From an uncultured Gammaproteobacteria bacterium (GTDB lineage Bacteria; Patescibacteriota; Microgenomatia; Levybacterales; GWA1-39-11), in the NCBI GenBank assembly GCA_964537315.1, contig CAZIAP010000001.1, forward strand, positions 221,938 to 285,937: 64,000 bases of DNA, given 5' to 3'. Positions 20,361 to 31,830 of this stretch are shown here, piece after piece. Below the pieces are notes generated by a model. It saw only the letters and a list, made by a program, of their open reading frames with translations, made no database searches and was not told the DNA's origin. Position numbers and translations under genes: made by a program. Position 1 is the stretch's first letter. Each line of letters starts with the position of its first letter.

Positions 20361-20435
20361 GTCTAGATCGGTTCTTGACACAAACAGATTGATTTGAGAT
20401 CATCATGTCTTATTTGTCAAGATCGGTTCTTGCCA
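20361..20435 (+). promoter_or_regulatory. Two 20-bp direct repeats (GTCtAGATCGGTTCTTGaCA and GTCaAGATCGGTTCTTGcCA, 55 bp apart) upstream of the ATP synthase operon, each containing a -35-like TTGACA/TTGCCA
   Basis: Repeat 1 is at 20361-20380 and repeat 2 at 20416-20435, with 18/20 identity. A possible third degenerate copy GATTCGGTCGGGATTGACG lies at ~20466-20484. All sit in the 182-bp gap between dnaE and atpB. Confidence 0.35.
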
Positions 20436-20485
20436 TATTCCAGTTGTGCTCTACGGACTTGCAGCGATTCGGTCGGGATTGACGC

Positions 20486-21259
20486 ATGAACCCTGATACG
20501 GTAAAATCGAAAAGCAATATGCATCACAGTATCGGTCCGGAAATATTATTTTCAGTTTTTGGAATTCCTTTTTATAATACATTTGTAACCACGTTAATTG
20601 TTGATGTTGTTTTACTTGCTTTAGTTTTTGCAGTATATCGAAATATCAATAAAGTCCCTGGTAAATTACAGTCAATTTTCGAGTTGATCATTGACTATTT
20701 TTACTCACTTGTTGAGCAGATTTCAGGTGACAGAGTAAAAACAATTTTTCCTTGGGTAGCAAGCTTTTTTATTATCATTCTCTTTTCAAATTTTACGGGT
20801 CTACTCCCAGGTGTAGGGTCTATTGGAGTCAACCACTATGACCATGGAGAGCACCATTTCATTCCTCTACTTCGTCCTGGCACCAGTGACTTTAATATGA
20901 CACTTGGACTTGCTCTAGTGTCAGTTGTTGCAACACACGCAATCGGTATCCGTTACACTGGTTTTAAAGACTACATATCTAGATTTTTAGCTTTCAATCC
21001 TATATACTTGTTTGTGGGAATTTTAGAGTTAATATCTGAAGTTACAAAGGTATTTTCACTTTCATTTCGTTTATTTGGAAACATTTACGCTGGTGAAGTA
21101 GTACTGGCAACAATTTCCGGTCTTGCTGCATTTATTGCACCAATTCCGTTCTTATTACTGGAATCGATTATCGCAGTTGTTCAGGCATTAGTATTTGCCA
21201 TGCTTACAATGGTATTTATGAGTATCTTGTCCACACCGCACCATGCAGATGAACACTAA
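20486..21259 (+). CDS. atpB: F0F1 ATP synthase subunit a
   Basis: Polytopic; the conserved motif ...FRLFGNIYAGEVVL... contains the essential Arg. Confidence 0.9.
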   Translation: MNPDTVKSKSNMHHSIGPEILFSVFGIPFYNTFVTTLIVDVVLLALVFAVYRNINKVPGKLQSIFELIIDYFYSLVEQISGDRVKTIFPWVASFFIIILFSNFTGLLPGVGSIGVNHYDHGEHHFIPLLRPGTSDFNMTLGLALVSVVATHAIGIRYTGFKDYISRFLAFNPIYLFVGILELISEVTKVFSLSFRLFGNIYAGEVVLATISGLAAFIAPIPFLLLESIIAVVQALVFAMLTMVFMSILSTPHHADEH

Positions 21260-21317
21260 TAACGGAATGATGACAATAAAAAAAATAATTATATATTTGA
21301 GAGGGGGTGAGTACTAA

Positions 21318-21527
<210 letters not shown>

Positions 21528-21612
21528 AACGGTAAGGGAGAAGGGTGAAGAGGCATCCGCTCTAACCGGTGGACTTAACCCTTTACCTTTAACGCTTTTT
21601 GCGTAATGTATT

Positions 21613-22116
21613 ATGGAAATTTTAAACGAATTCGGATTTAATGCTGGGCTGTTAATTGCTCAGATTGTAAATTTTTTGATATTGGCATTTGTATTTAAAA
21701 AATTCTTGTACAAGCCGATACTTAAAGTACTTGAAGACCGTAGAAAAACTATTGCCAAAGGTTTGTCTGACAGCGAGAAAGCTGCTGCTGCACTTGAAAA
21801 TGCTGAAGAGGAACGAAATAAAATTCTAAAAGAAGCAACTAAAGAATCTCAAAAGATTATAGATGAAACAAAAAAAACGGCTGAGTCCCTTCGCACAGAA
21901 ATTTTAGAGTCTGCCCGCGCAGACGCTGAAAAAATATTGAAAGAAGCAAAAGAGCAGTCAAATCTTGAAATGGAGAGAATGAGAAAAGAGGCCGCTTCAA
22001 TGTCATTAACACTTTCAAAAAGCATTCTTGATCGTGTAATGACCCAAATCTTCTCTAAATCAGATAAAGAAGCCATTATAAAGAAAGGATTACAAGAAAT
22101 AGAAAAACATGGATAA
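21613..22116 (+). CDS. atpF: F0F1 ATP synthase subunit b
   Basis: N-terminal TM followed by a long charged coiled coil (AAAALENAEEERNKILKEA...). Operon position supports the call. Confidence 0.8.
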   Translation: MEILNEFGFNAGLLIAQIVNFLILAFVFKKFLYKPILKVLEDRRKTIAKGLSDSEKAAAALENAEEERNKILKEATKESQKIIDETKKTAESLRTEILESARADAEKILKEAKEQSNLEMERMRKEAASMSLTLSKSILDRVMTQIFSKSDKEAIIKKGLQEIEKHG

Positions 22117-22456
22117 ACAACTCAGAGATCTTGCATTTGCAATTGTAAAACAGCAGTCAATAAAAAAAGATGAAGTTAACAAGCTTTTAGATTCTCTTTC
22201 TGACAAACAACTAAGAAACTTTTTATATTTTTTACGTGTTGCACAAGATTCGAATAAAATAGAGATAACAACAACTTCCGACAGTCCAAAGCTTGATGAT
22301 TACTTTGCGAAAAATTTTCCAGACAAGCAGATATCATATAAAACTGATGATACAATAGGAGGAGGAGTTGTTGTAAAAATTGGAGATGACGTGTATGATT
22401 ACACTGTCCGAAATTATATTGACACAACTATTCAAAGATTAACAAACGAATTATGA
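22109..22456 (+). CDS. atpH: F0F1 ATP synthase subunit delta (short, OSCP-like)
   Basis: Position between atpF and atpA, overlapping both. C-terminal ...ISYKTDDTIGGGVVVKIGDDVYDYTVRNYIDTTIQRL resembles a delta C-terminal domain. Only 115 aa. Confidence 0.6.
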   Translation: MDKQLRDLAFAIVKQQSIKKDEVNKLLDSLSDKQLRNFLYFLRVAQDSNKIEITTTSDSPKLDDYFAKNFPDKQISYKTDDTIGGGVVVKIGDDVYDYTVRNYIDTTIQRLTNEL

Positions 22457-23976
22457 AACCTGAAGAACTTATAAAAACAATTGAACAAAAACTTTCTAAA
22501 ATTGACGCGTCTCCTACCGTCCAAAATGTAGGAACTGTTATCTCAGTTGGAGACGGCATTGTTGATCTATCCGGACTATCAAAAGTTGCATTTGGAGAGG
22601 AAGTCGAATTTGAAACTGGAAGTCGTGGCCTCGCTCTAGGTATTGAACAAGATAAAGTATCGGTAATTCTATTATCCGATGACATGGAAAAAATTCACGA
22701 AGGTATGACCGCAAAGACTACAGGCAAAGTATTAGGTCTAAATGTGTCAGATGACCTAATAGGACGTGTCGTAGACCCATTACAAAACCCACTTGACGGT
22801 AAAGAACTAAAAATTAAGAAAGGCAAGTACTATCCGTTAGAAAAAATTGCTCCTGGTGTTATTGAAAGACAATCAGTAGATACACCGCTTAAAACTGGTA
22901 TCAAAGCAATTGACGCTCTCACCCCAATAGGACGAGGACAAAGACAACTTATTATCGGCGACCGAGGAACTGGAAAAACAGCCATTGCAATTGATACCAT
23001 CATTAATCAAAAGAAAAAAGACTTAAATCTACCTCAAGTCATATGTATCTACTGCGCAATTGGTCAAAAAAGAGCTAATATTGCAAGAACAGTAGCCTTA
23101 CTTGAAGAGAACGATGCAATGAAATACTCAATAGTAGTTGCTGCAAGCGCCTCAGACCCTGCTGCTATGCAATATCTTGCTCCGTATGCTGCAACATCAA
23201 TCGCTGAGTACTTTATGGATCAAGGTAAAGATGTGCTTGTAGTATATGACGATCTCTCTAAGCATGCTTGGGCATACCGTCAAGTATCTCTGCTCTTAAG
23301 GAGACCAGCAGGACGAGAAGCATATCCTGGAGACATTTTTTACCTCCACTCCCGTTTACTTGAACGATCAGCACGAATGTCTAAAGAGCATGGTGGAGGT
23401 TCAATTACTTCTTTTCCAATTATTGAAACTCAGGCAGGAGACGTTTCAGCGTATATTCCTACAAACGTAATCTCCATCACTGACGGACAAATTTTCTTAG
23501 AAACTGATCTCTTTAATGCCGGTACTAGACCAGCTATTAATATCGGAATTTCAGTATCTCGTGTTGGAGGTGCTGCTCAAACAAAGGCCATGAAACAAAT
23601 TGCAGGACCTGTACGTATTGAAATGGCACAATTCCGTTCCTTGGCAGCGTTTGCTCAATTCGGTACCGACCTAGATGAACAAACATCAAAACAGATTGAG
23701 AGAGGTAAAAGAGTCAGTGCAATCATGAACCAACCACAATATACACCCTTTGATGAGGTATCAGAGGTAATTAGTACTTATGCTGCTACGTCCGGACTAT
23801 TAGACGATGTGCCCGTTGAGCAAGTTAACGAATTTGAAACAAAGTTTTTAGAGTTTGTAAAGGTTAAAGATAAGAAACTTGTGGAAAAAATTAGCGGCGG
23901 AGATAAAATGGATGACAATACACTTGAAGCGCTAAGAAAGGCAATTTCAGACTTTAAGAAAACATTTTTGAAATAG
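22453..23976 (+). CDS. atpA: F0F1 ATP synthase subunit alpha
   Basis: Walker A GDRGTGKTAIAIDTI. Motif ...AYRQVSLLLRRPAGREAYPGDIFYLHSRLLERSA. Confidence 0.95.
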   Translation: MKPEELIKTIEQKLSKIDASPTVQNVGTVISVGDGIVDLSGLSKVAFGEEVEFETGSRGLALGIEQDKVSVILLSDDMEKIHEGMTAKTTGKVLGLNVSDDLIGRVVDPLQNPLDGKELKIKKGKYYPLEKIAPGVIERQSVDTPLKTGIKAIDALTPIGRGQRQLIIGDRGTGKTAIAIDTIINQKKKDLNLPQVICIYCAIGQKRANIARTVALLEENDAMKYSIVVAASASDPAAMQYLAPYAATSIAEYFMDQGKDVLVVYDDLSKHAWAYRQVSLLLRRPAGREAYPGDIFYLHSRLLERSARMSKEHGGGSITSFPIIETQAGDVSAYIPTNVISITDGQIFLETDLFNAGTRPAINIGISVSRVGGAAQTKAMKQIAGPVRIEMAQFRSLAAFAQFGTDLDEQTSKQIERGKRVSAIMNQPQYTPFDEVSEVISTYAATSGLLDDVPVEQVNEFETKFLEFVKVKDKKLVEKISGGDKMDDNTLEALRKAISDFKKTFLK

Positions 23977-24058
23977 CATTCTGTATAGGTACCCCGTATC
24001 TTCAATAATGAGTCATATTGTGTATATAGGGTTTATACTGAAATCTAAACACTAAAGT

Positions 24059-24916
24059 ATGGCAGAAAATCTATTTTTACTAAAACGACGAATTAAAACA
24101 GCTAAAAACATTGCTCAGATTGCAAAAGCAATGGAAATGGTTTCTGCAAGCAAAATAAAACGCTCTCAATCCATTGTTGAAAAAAACAGAGTTTACTCTG
24201 AAAGAATTACTACGCTCACCGAGCATATTCTTTCAAATGCAGATTTAAAAAATTTCACACATCCGTTTTTAGCAACAAGCACATCAGACAAAAAACTTAC
24301 TTTCGTATTCTCTCCTGATAAGGGATTGTGCGGGTCTCTCAACACAAATATTTATAAGTTATTAATGGATAAAAATATGACCAATTCTGAAGTTGTAACA
24401 ATTGGCAAAAAAGCCGAAGGATTTTCAGCGAAAATGGAATACAATCTCGTAGCATCATTCCCAATGGGATCTACCATCCCTCACTACTCTCTTGTTCTTC
24501 AGTTAATAAAGTATATTGAACAGTACTACCAATCAACAGAAGCAGGAACTGTAGAAGTTGTATACGCAAAATTTGACTCACTTTTTCAGCAGACAATTAC
24601 TACAACACAATTACTGCCAATAGTTAGAGAAACAACAGAGTCAGAAGAAACTGATGAGGTTCATGATCTTTCTTTCCTCGTGGAACCTGATGTACACTCA
24701 ATTTTGTCCGACTTACTGCCGTACTACATCGAAGTAAAACTTTATGATATTTTGATGAATGCCTTTACTTCCGAACAAGCAGCACGTATGGTTGCTATGC
24801 AAAATGCCAAGAATAATGCAAATGATGTTGCTGATTTCCTAACTCTAACGTATAATAAGAACCGACAAGAAAAGATTACAAACGAGATCTTAGACCTTGC
24901 AAATACTGTGTCTTAG
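24059..24916 (+). CDS. atpG: F0F1 ATP synthase subunit gamma
   Basis: N-terminal KRRIKTAKNIAQIAKAMEMVSASKIKRSQ and C-terminal ...QEKITNEILDLANTVS gamma helices. Confidence 0.85.
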   Translation: MAENLFLLKRRIKTAKNIAQIAKAMEMVSASKIKRSQSIVEKNRVYSERITTLTEHILSNADLKNFTHPFLATSTSDKKLTFVFSPDKGLCGSLNTNIYKLLMDKNMTNSEVVTIGKKAEGFSAKMEYNLVASFPMGSTIPHYSLVLQLIKYIEQYYQSTEAGTVEVVYAKFDSLFQQTITTTQLLPIVRETTESEETDEVHDLSFLVEPDVHSILSDLLPYYIEVKLYDILMNAFTSEQAARMVAMQNAKNNANDVADFLTLTYNKNRQEKITNEILDLANTVS

Positions 24917-26774
<1,858 letters not shown>

Positions 26775-26777
26775 CTT

Positions 26778-27497
26778 ATGGCAAAGCAAGGATCAAGACT
26801 TACAAGATCACTTGAGCGTCAAAGCAAAAAACAGCTGTATATATTTGTGGCTGCCACTATTATTATTCTCACTACTCTTGGAGTATTTAGTACCAAAATA
26901 TTAGACGCTATAGGCAGTGTAATGATTTCAGATGAAGACAGAAACAGTTCTACTCAAGAACAAACAGTAGCACCAGTTACCCCTCCACATTTTGATGAAA
27001 TTCCCTCGGCTACTCAGACTAATACAATTAAGATCACGGGCAGCGTTAGCAGAGAAGATGGAACAGTAGAAATTTTTGTGAATAACCGCAAAGTTTCAAC
27101 AAAAAAAATTGAGTCAAATAGGAAGTTCGAGATAACTGGTATTAAAATTTCAGAGGGTGAAAATGCAGTAAAAGGTCGCTATATATTAGGAGATCGAAAA
27201 AGCGAATTTACCAGAGATTATATTGTACATTTTACAAAAGAAGCACCAAAGATTGATGGAGTATCTCCAAGCGACGGAGCAGAGTTTAAACGAGGAGATC
27301 AGGAAATTGTAGTTAGAGGAACAACAGAACCATTAAACACAGTAACTGTTAATGATTTTATAGCGATTGTTAACCAGCAAGGGGAGTTTTCCTACTTTCT
27401 TAGATTGAATGAAGGAGACAACACTATACGAATCAAGGCAGTGAGTCCTACGGGACAAGAAACAGTAAAAGAGCTAAAAGTTACTTATCACCCATAA
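26778..27497 (+). CDS. Hypothetical membrane-anchored protein with two tandem Ig-like beta-sandwich repeats, appended to the ATP synthase operon
   Basis: Start is 4 nt after the atpC stop. Cytoplasmic basic tail, one TM (LYIFVAATIIILTTLGVF), then two repeats of the pattern ...I.G...V.I.VN..........F.I..I.L.EG.N.I..KA... No enzyme motif recognised. Confidence 0.55.
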   Translation: MAKQGSRLTRSLERQSKKQLYIFVAATIIILTTLGVFSTKILDAIGSVMISDEDRNSSTQEQTVAPVTPPHFDEIPSATQTNTIKITGSVSREDGTVEIFVNNRKVSTKKIESNRKFEITGIKISEGENAVKGRYILGDRKSEFTRDYIVHFTKEAPKIDGVSPSDGAEFKRGDQEIVVRGTTEPLNTVTVNDFIAIVNQQGEFSYFLRLNEGDNTIRIKAVSPTGQETVKELKVTYHP

Positions 27498-28671
27498 CTG
27501 CTCTCCCAATACCTAATAAAGTAAAGCATAAAATCATAATAAAAGAATAGAAGAAAGCGTTTTCTGTAATACTCCCTGCAAAAACAGCTGTCAGAATTGT
27601 AAAGTTAAGATTAGGCAGCAACTTATTCTTCTGAGAACTTCTGTAGGCTTCTTTAAACATTGAAATAATCATGTAGATAAAAGATGCTGCGCCAATTAAT
27701 CCTGTTGTGGCAAGTACAAAAAGATAACTATTGGACACACCTGCGCCTGCGTGTGACACCTCTACTCCGCTTTGAATACCCTGCTGCGCATATCTGTATG
27801 CATTAAAACCTACACCAAAAATAGGGTGGTCTTTAAATATACTAATTGCAGTCTGATAGGTTTCTAATCTACTGTATATTGACGCAGTTCTAAATAGATT
27901 TACTCCTTCACTCACATATTCTTTTGGTAACAGAAAAATACCTGCAAGTAAAAGGATACCAGTTATCAAAAGAAACTTTAATTTTTTTTCTAATATTGAA
28001 AATATTGAGACTGATGCAATTAAAGCAAGGTAGCCCGTTCGTGAATAAGTAAGCATTATAAATACAAATGTTAGTAAAATTGCAGCGGCAATAACAAATC
28101 TTTTCCAACCAGGCTTTTCGCTACGAAACAAATAAACAAAAATCCATAACGCGATAATGAATATTATTGAGGCAAAATTCGGGTCAAGAAATGTAGAGAA
28201 TACCCGATATAAATGCTCATCCCATCCTAAATAAATTAGATTTCTAAGGTCGGGATATAGAAAGTATTGAAGTATTCCAAGTGTTGTTACCGCAAATAAT
28301 GATAATGCAACTGTTTTTATTAGAAATGATAAATCATTCTTTTTAAACAAAAGACCAATAATAGGAAATATCGAAAAAATAGTAACGAATCTAAGTAGGT
28401 ACATTGAAGAAACAACAAACTCTCTAACAGAAAGCCAATATAAATTTATGAGCAATGACATTGTTGCTGCAACAATAAAGAATAAATACGGCTTAAAACC
28501 TGTAAGTTTTACTCTTTCAACAGCTATTAAATACCATCCATACAAAACAAATAAAAGAACAGCAACATCGACAGGATAAACATATGCTTGAGGACCTACT
28601 GATATTCGAATCAATACTCCTGGAATAAAACTTAAAAAAATTCCAACGAACAGAATTTTTAGTATAGCCAT
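27481..28671 (-). CDS. O-antigen ligase / Wzy_C-domain polytopic membrane protein (WaaL/PglL-like)
   Basis: Polytopic. Wzy_C hallmarks ...LTYSRTGYLALIASVSIF... and ...HPIFGVGFNAYRYAQQ...SHAGAGVSNSYLFVLATTGLIGA. Confidence 0.65.
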   Translation of the reverse strand: MAILKILFVGIFLSFIPGVLIRISVGPQAYVYPVDVAVLLFVLYGWYLIAVERVKLTGFKPYLFFIVAATMSLLINLYWLSVREFVVSSMYLLRFVTIFSIFPIIGLLFKKNDLSFLIKTVALSLFAVTTLGILQYFLYPDLRNLIYLGWDEHLYRVFSTFLDPNFASIIFIIALWIFVYLFRSEKPGWKRFVIAAAILLTFVFIMLTYSRTGYLALIASVSIFSILEKKLKFLLITGILLLAGIFLLPKEYVSEGVNLFRTASIYSRLETYQTAISIFKDHPIFGVGFNAYRYAQQGIQSGVEVSHAGAGVSNSYLFVLATTGLIGAASFIYMIISMFKEAYRSSQKNKLLPNLNFTILTAVFAGSITENAFFYSFIMILCFTLLGIGRAVMGDK

Positions 28672-30263
28672 TTTTCTCCCCCTTGTGAATAAAGTGTTAC
28701 ACCGACTGTCTTATCACTATGCACTTCTTGCCATAACTTAAACCTTTCCGGAAGGGGCATATTGCTTGGCGCAAGTATGTAATTAAACTCATCTCCGGGC
28801 ATCACATAGGATTCATGAATAAACGGAAAGTCTGCATACCAAAGATTGTGTATACCATATACAAGCACCTTATCTTTATCAGTAATATTTTTTGAAAAAA
28901 AGCCCGTCGTATCGTAAAAATCACCAAATGAATAATTCAGGTATTCTATCAAGTACTCTTCTCGTGACTGCACTCCTGTAAGAATACCCAAAAATCGCAT
29001 ACTTGCTATACCACGATACCCAATTGATATGATTGCGATAGTTAAACCAGTAACAATTAAAGTATTCCGTATTGTTTTAATTTTTAGATGTTTGATAGTT
29101 ATGCCAACCAGCAATGAGATCACAGGAAGATATGGTAGTAAATATCTCCCTATTACTGTACTGGGAGTTACCAACCATATAAAAACACTAAATAATGAGT
29201 ATATTACTACTAACCTCTCATGTTTAGAAAAATAACGAAAAACTATAAGTAATAAAGGGAAAGAAATAATATATATCGGATTTACCGGATCTGCACCGGT
29301 AACAAAACCCTCCCACAAATTAGTAACCAGTCTCATTGGAGTAAGTGATTCTAATTGCACAAGATATAGATTGCTAAATACCGGGTATACAGGGTTACCA
29401 GTATTTAAAAATGAAAAAATAAAGTACGGTAGAGGAATAATTAGCGCAATGGTTATATACATTAGTGATATCTTTATGCCTTTTTTTATTTGAGTACGAA
29501 ACAAGTAAATTATCACAGGAATTAAGATTACAAGTGAACCTAATGCGATCAGTTTCGTCGAGATAGCTAACCCCGCCATAATAGCAGACTCTACAAGCCA
29601 TAGTGTTTTTTTCTCTTTTATAAATAATATAATCCCATACACTGCCATTAACTCAAAAAACGTTCTACCTAAATCTATATATGCAGTTGTAGATAGCCAA
29701 GCTACTACTAAGTTAGAGGAAAAAATTAATAAAACAAAAAATGATAGTTGTTGAGATAAAAATGTGCGAGAAATTTTATAAAGTACTATTAAAGTTAGAA
29801 TTCCAAATGAAAAATGGATTAATTTTGCAGGCACCGAACTATTCAACATCGCTGCAGGAATATAAAGCATATCAATAAGCTTTGGCATCAGCGAATAATA
29901 ATAAAGCCCACCGGGAATATAAAAAAATGACTGATTCTCAACAAAGATTTTCGGGATCGTCAAGTGGTACCACAAAGCGTCAAAAGACACCTCAGGCATA
30001 AGAGTACCAATAAAGTTCAGCATCCAAATTATTGTTAATAATAAAATAGAGATTCTTATGAAGACATTTGATTTTTTTATAAATGAGATCAAATCAATAT
30101 CTCTCCAATTTATACCTGTCCCTTCACGTCTATACCACCACAGAATGCTAATTAACCAAGCTACAGTTAGTAAAATCACCGATATTGGATATAAGAGGTG
30201 TGCAACGCCTAATGCAAATATCCCATATGAATAAATTCCTATTAAAATGGCAAGTGGAAACAT
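28659..30263 (-). CDS. Large polytopic membrane protein, possible GT-C-fold glycosyltransferase (uncertain family)
   Basis: About 13 predicted TM helices, with a first periplasmic loop carrying acidic or aromatic residues (EVSFDALWYHL). Neighbourhood with a GT-C, GT2, Wzx and Wzy_C. No definitive motif recognised. Confidence 0.35.
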   Translation of the reverse strand: MFPLAILIGIYSYGIFALGVAHLLYPISVILLTVAWLISILWWYRREGTGINWRDIDLISFIKKSNVFIRISILLLTIIWMLNFIGTLMPEVSFDALWYHLTIPKIFVENQSFFYIPGGLYYYSLMPKLIDMLYIPAAMLNSSVPAKLIHFSFGILTLIVLYKISRTFLSQQLSFFVLLIFSSNLVVAWLSTTAYIDLGRTFFELMAVYGIILFIKEKKTLWLVESAIMAGLAISTKLIALGSLVILIPVIIYLFRTQIKKGIKISLMYITIALIIPLPYFIFSFLNTGNPVYPVFSNLYLVQLESLTPMRLVTNLWEGFVTGADPVNPIYIISFPLLLIVFRYFSKHERLVVIYSLFSVFIWLVTPSTVIGRYLLPYLPVISLLVGITIKHLKIKTIRNTLIVTGLTIAIISIGYRGIASMRFLGILTGVQSREEYLIEYLNYSFGDFYDTTGFFSKNITDKDKVLVYGIHNLWYADFPFIHESYVMPGDEFNYILAPSNMPLPERFKLWQEVHSDKTVGVTLYSQGGEKWLY

Positions 30264-30345
30264 ATACCTCCTTTACATAGTAAGTTATTTATATAAAACA
30301 CCAGTATAACTATTATCCAAAGTAAAAAAACTAGAAATAAGGTTT

Positions 30346-31803
30346 TCATTTATGACGTTCTAGAATAAAATAATCATTTATTTTGTTGTTTAGTATAAAC
30401 TCTTCATTTAAGTAATCAGAAATATTGGAGTTTTTTATATCCGTTGTAATGATAACATTGACCTTTTTTTCTTCAAGTATATCTATTATCTTATCTCTAT
30501 CATTAAAGTATTGATCTGTAATGTCATTTAGATCAGATTTGGTTGGGTTATTCGTATCAGTTATAAAATAAAGTAACGGCAAATATCTATCTACATACAT
30601 ATAATCATTATCTTTTTTTATATTATTCACGCTGGTAATTATTTGTGGTATTTCATTTGCATATTTACTTTCTACCAAAATATTAACTTTTTGACTTGGT
30701 AGATAATTGTTATTTTTTATCAAAGGAGCCTCCCACTTATAGTAACCTGAGAACAATGCCTGGTAAAAACCAAGCATTATTAGAAAAATCGCTGTAGAAA
30801 TAATGACTGACTTAAGATATTTATTACTTACAAAAGTAAGTAGTACTGCAAATGATGCTCCAGTGATAGAAATTAATGGAACTAAATGAACATAATCTGT
30901 GGTAGGTCGTATTCCAACCAGGTAGTATGCAGCTACCATAATTGGATAAACAAATAATAAATTTTTATTTCGAGTTGCTATAATAATTGCAACTAAAGAT
31001 ATAAATAGCGGCAAAGTGTAAAATAATAATTTTCCTAAAGATGGTATAAACCTATCCCAGTAAATAAAGCTTGTAGTTAAGCTATTATTTATCATAATAC
31101 GCTCCCAGGTATAGGTATGAAAATCATTAATAAATGGTATGAGAGATGAAGAGAATAATAGATAGATTATGTATATAGTTAAAGGGACTAAAAGTCCAGC
31201 TGCATATAAAATTACGTTTCTTTTCTTTTGTAAATTAGTATTAGCAAATATCGTAATAAATGAAATAATTAATATTACACCACCAAAATTTTGTTTTGAT
31301 AAGAAAGTTAGCCAAGTTGTCATCCCAGCAATAAGAACAAATGCATAATCTTTATTTGTAGCGGTCTGAAGCAAATAAATTGTCAAAAATCCTGTTAATA
31401 TTGCAATCATAACAGGCCAAATAAAGTTAATATGAAAAGGACCCCAAACAAGGAACATACTAATTGATAAAAGTAATATGTAAATACTTTTTGTAATCTG
31501 CTTAGTAATTAAAAAGACAACTAGAATTGAAGATAACGAAATTAAAAGAGCTAGTACACGCGCAGAAAAAACACTTTCTCCTAGAATCTTAAATATACCT
31601 GCGGTCAGATAAATAGACAAAGGAGTATAAACAAAATGAAAATCAAGATATGGAATTTCTCCAATTAATATTCTATGCGCAGAATTAAGTATATATCCTT
31701 CATCATGGTATATGATTCCTCTAAAATGGAAAAACAATAATGATAACACAATACATGTACCAACCAAAATACTAATATAGTGTTTTTTGATTGAATGTAT
31801 CAT
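30346..31803 (-). CDS. GT-C-fold membrane glycosyltransferase (PMT_2 / ArnT / GT39-GT83-like)
   Basis: N-terminal FFHFRGIIYHDEGYILNSAHRILIGEIPYLDFHFVYTPLSIYLTAGIFKILG matches the PMT_2/ArnT first-loop DE motif region. About 11-13 TM helices and a C-terminal soluble domain. Confidence 0.6.
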   Translation of the reverse strand: MIHSIKKHYISILVGTCIVLSLLFFHFRGIIYHDEGYILNSAHRILIGEIPYLDFHFVYTPLSIYLTAGIFKILGESVFSARVLALLISLSSILVVFLITKQITKSIYILLLSISMFLVWGPFHINFIWPVMIAILTGFLTIYLLQTATNKDYAFVLIAGMTTWLTFLSKQNFGGVILIISFITIFANTNLQKKRNVILYAAGLLVPLTIYIIYLLFSSSLIPFINDFHTYTWERIMINNSLTTSFIYWDRFIPSLGKLLFYTLPLFISLVAIIIATRNKNLLFVYPIMVAAYYLVGIRPTTDYVHLVPLISITGASFAVLLTFVSNKYLKSVIISTAIFLIMLGFYQALFSGYYKWEAPLIKNNNYLPSQKVNILVESKYANEIPQIITSVNNIKKDNDYMYVDRYLPLLYFITDTNNPTKSDLNDITDQYFNDRDKIIDILEEKKVNVIITTDIKNSNISDYLNEEFILNNKINDYFILERHK

Positions 31804-31830
31804 TGTTACATTTGTATCTCTTTCAGGATT

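Noticed and set aside
20361-20435. Possible CRISPR array (direct repeats) upstream of atpB; also the REP palindromes at 49586-50380
   Set aside because: Only two to three degenerate copies with a 35-bp variable spacing. No cas genes in the window. The copies contain promoter-like hexamers. The REP copies are palindromes flanking a transposase, not regularly spaced direct repeats. No CRISPR called.
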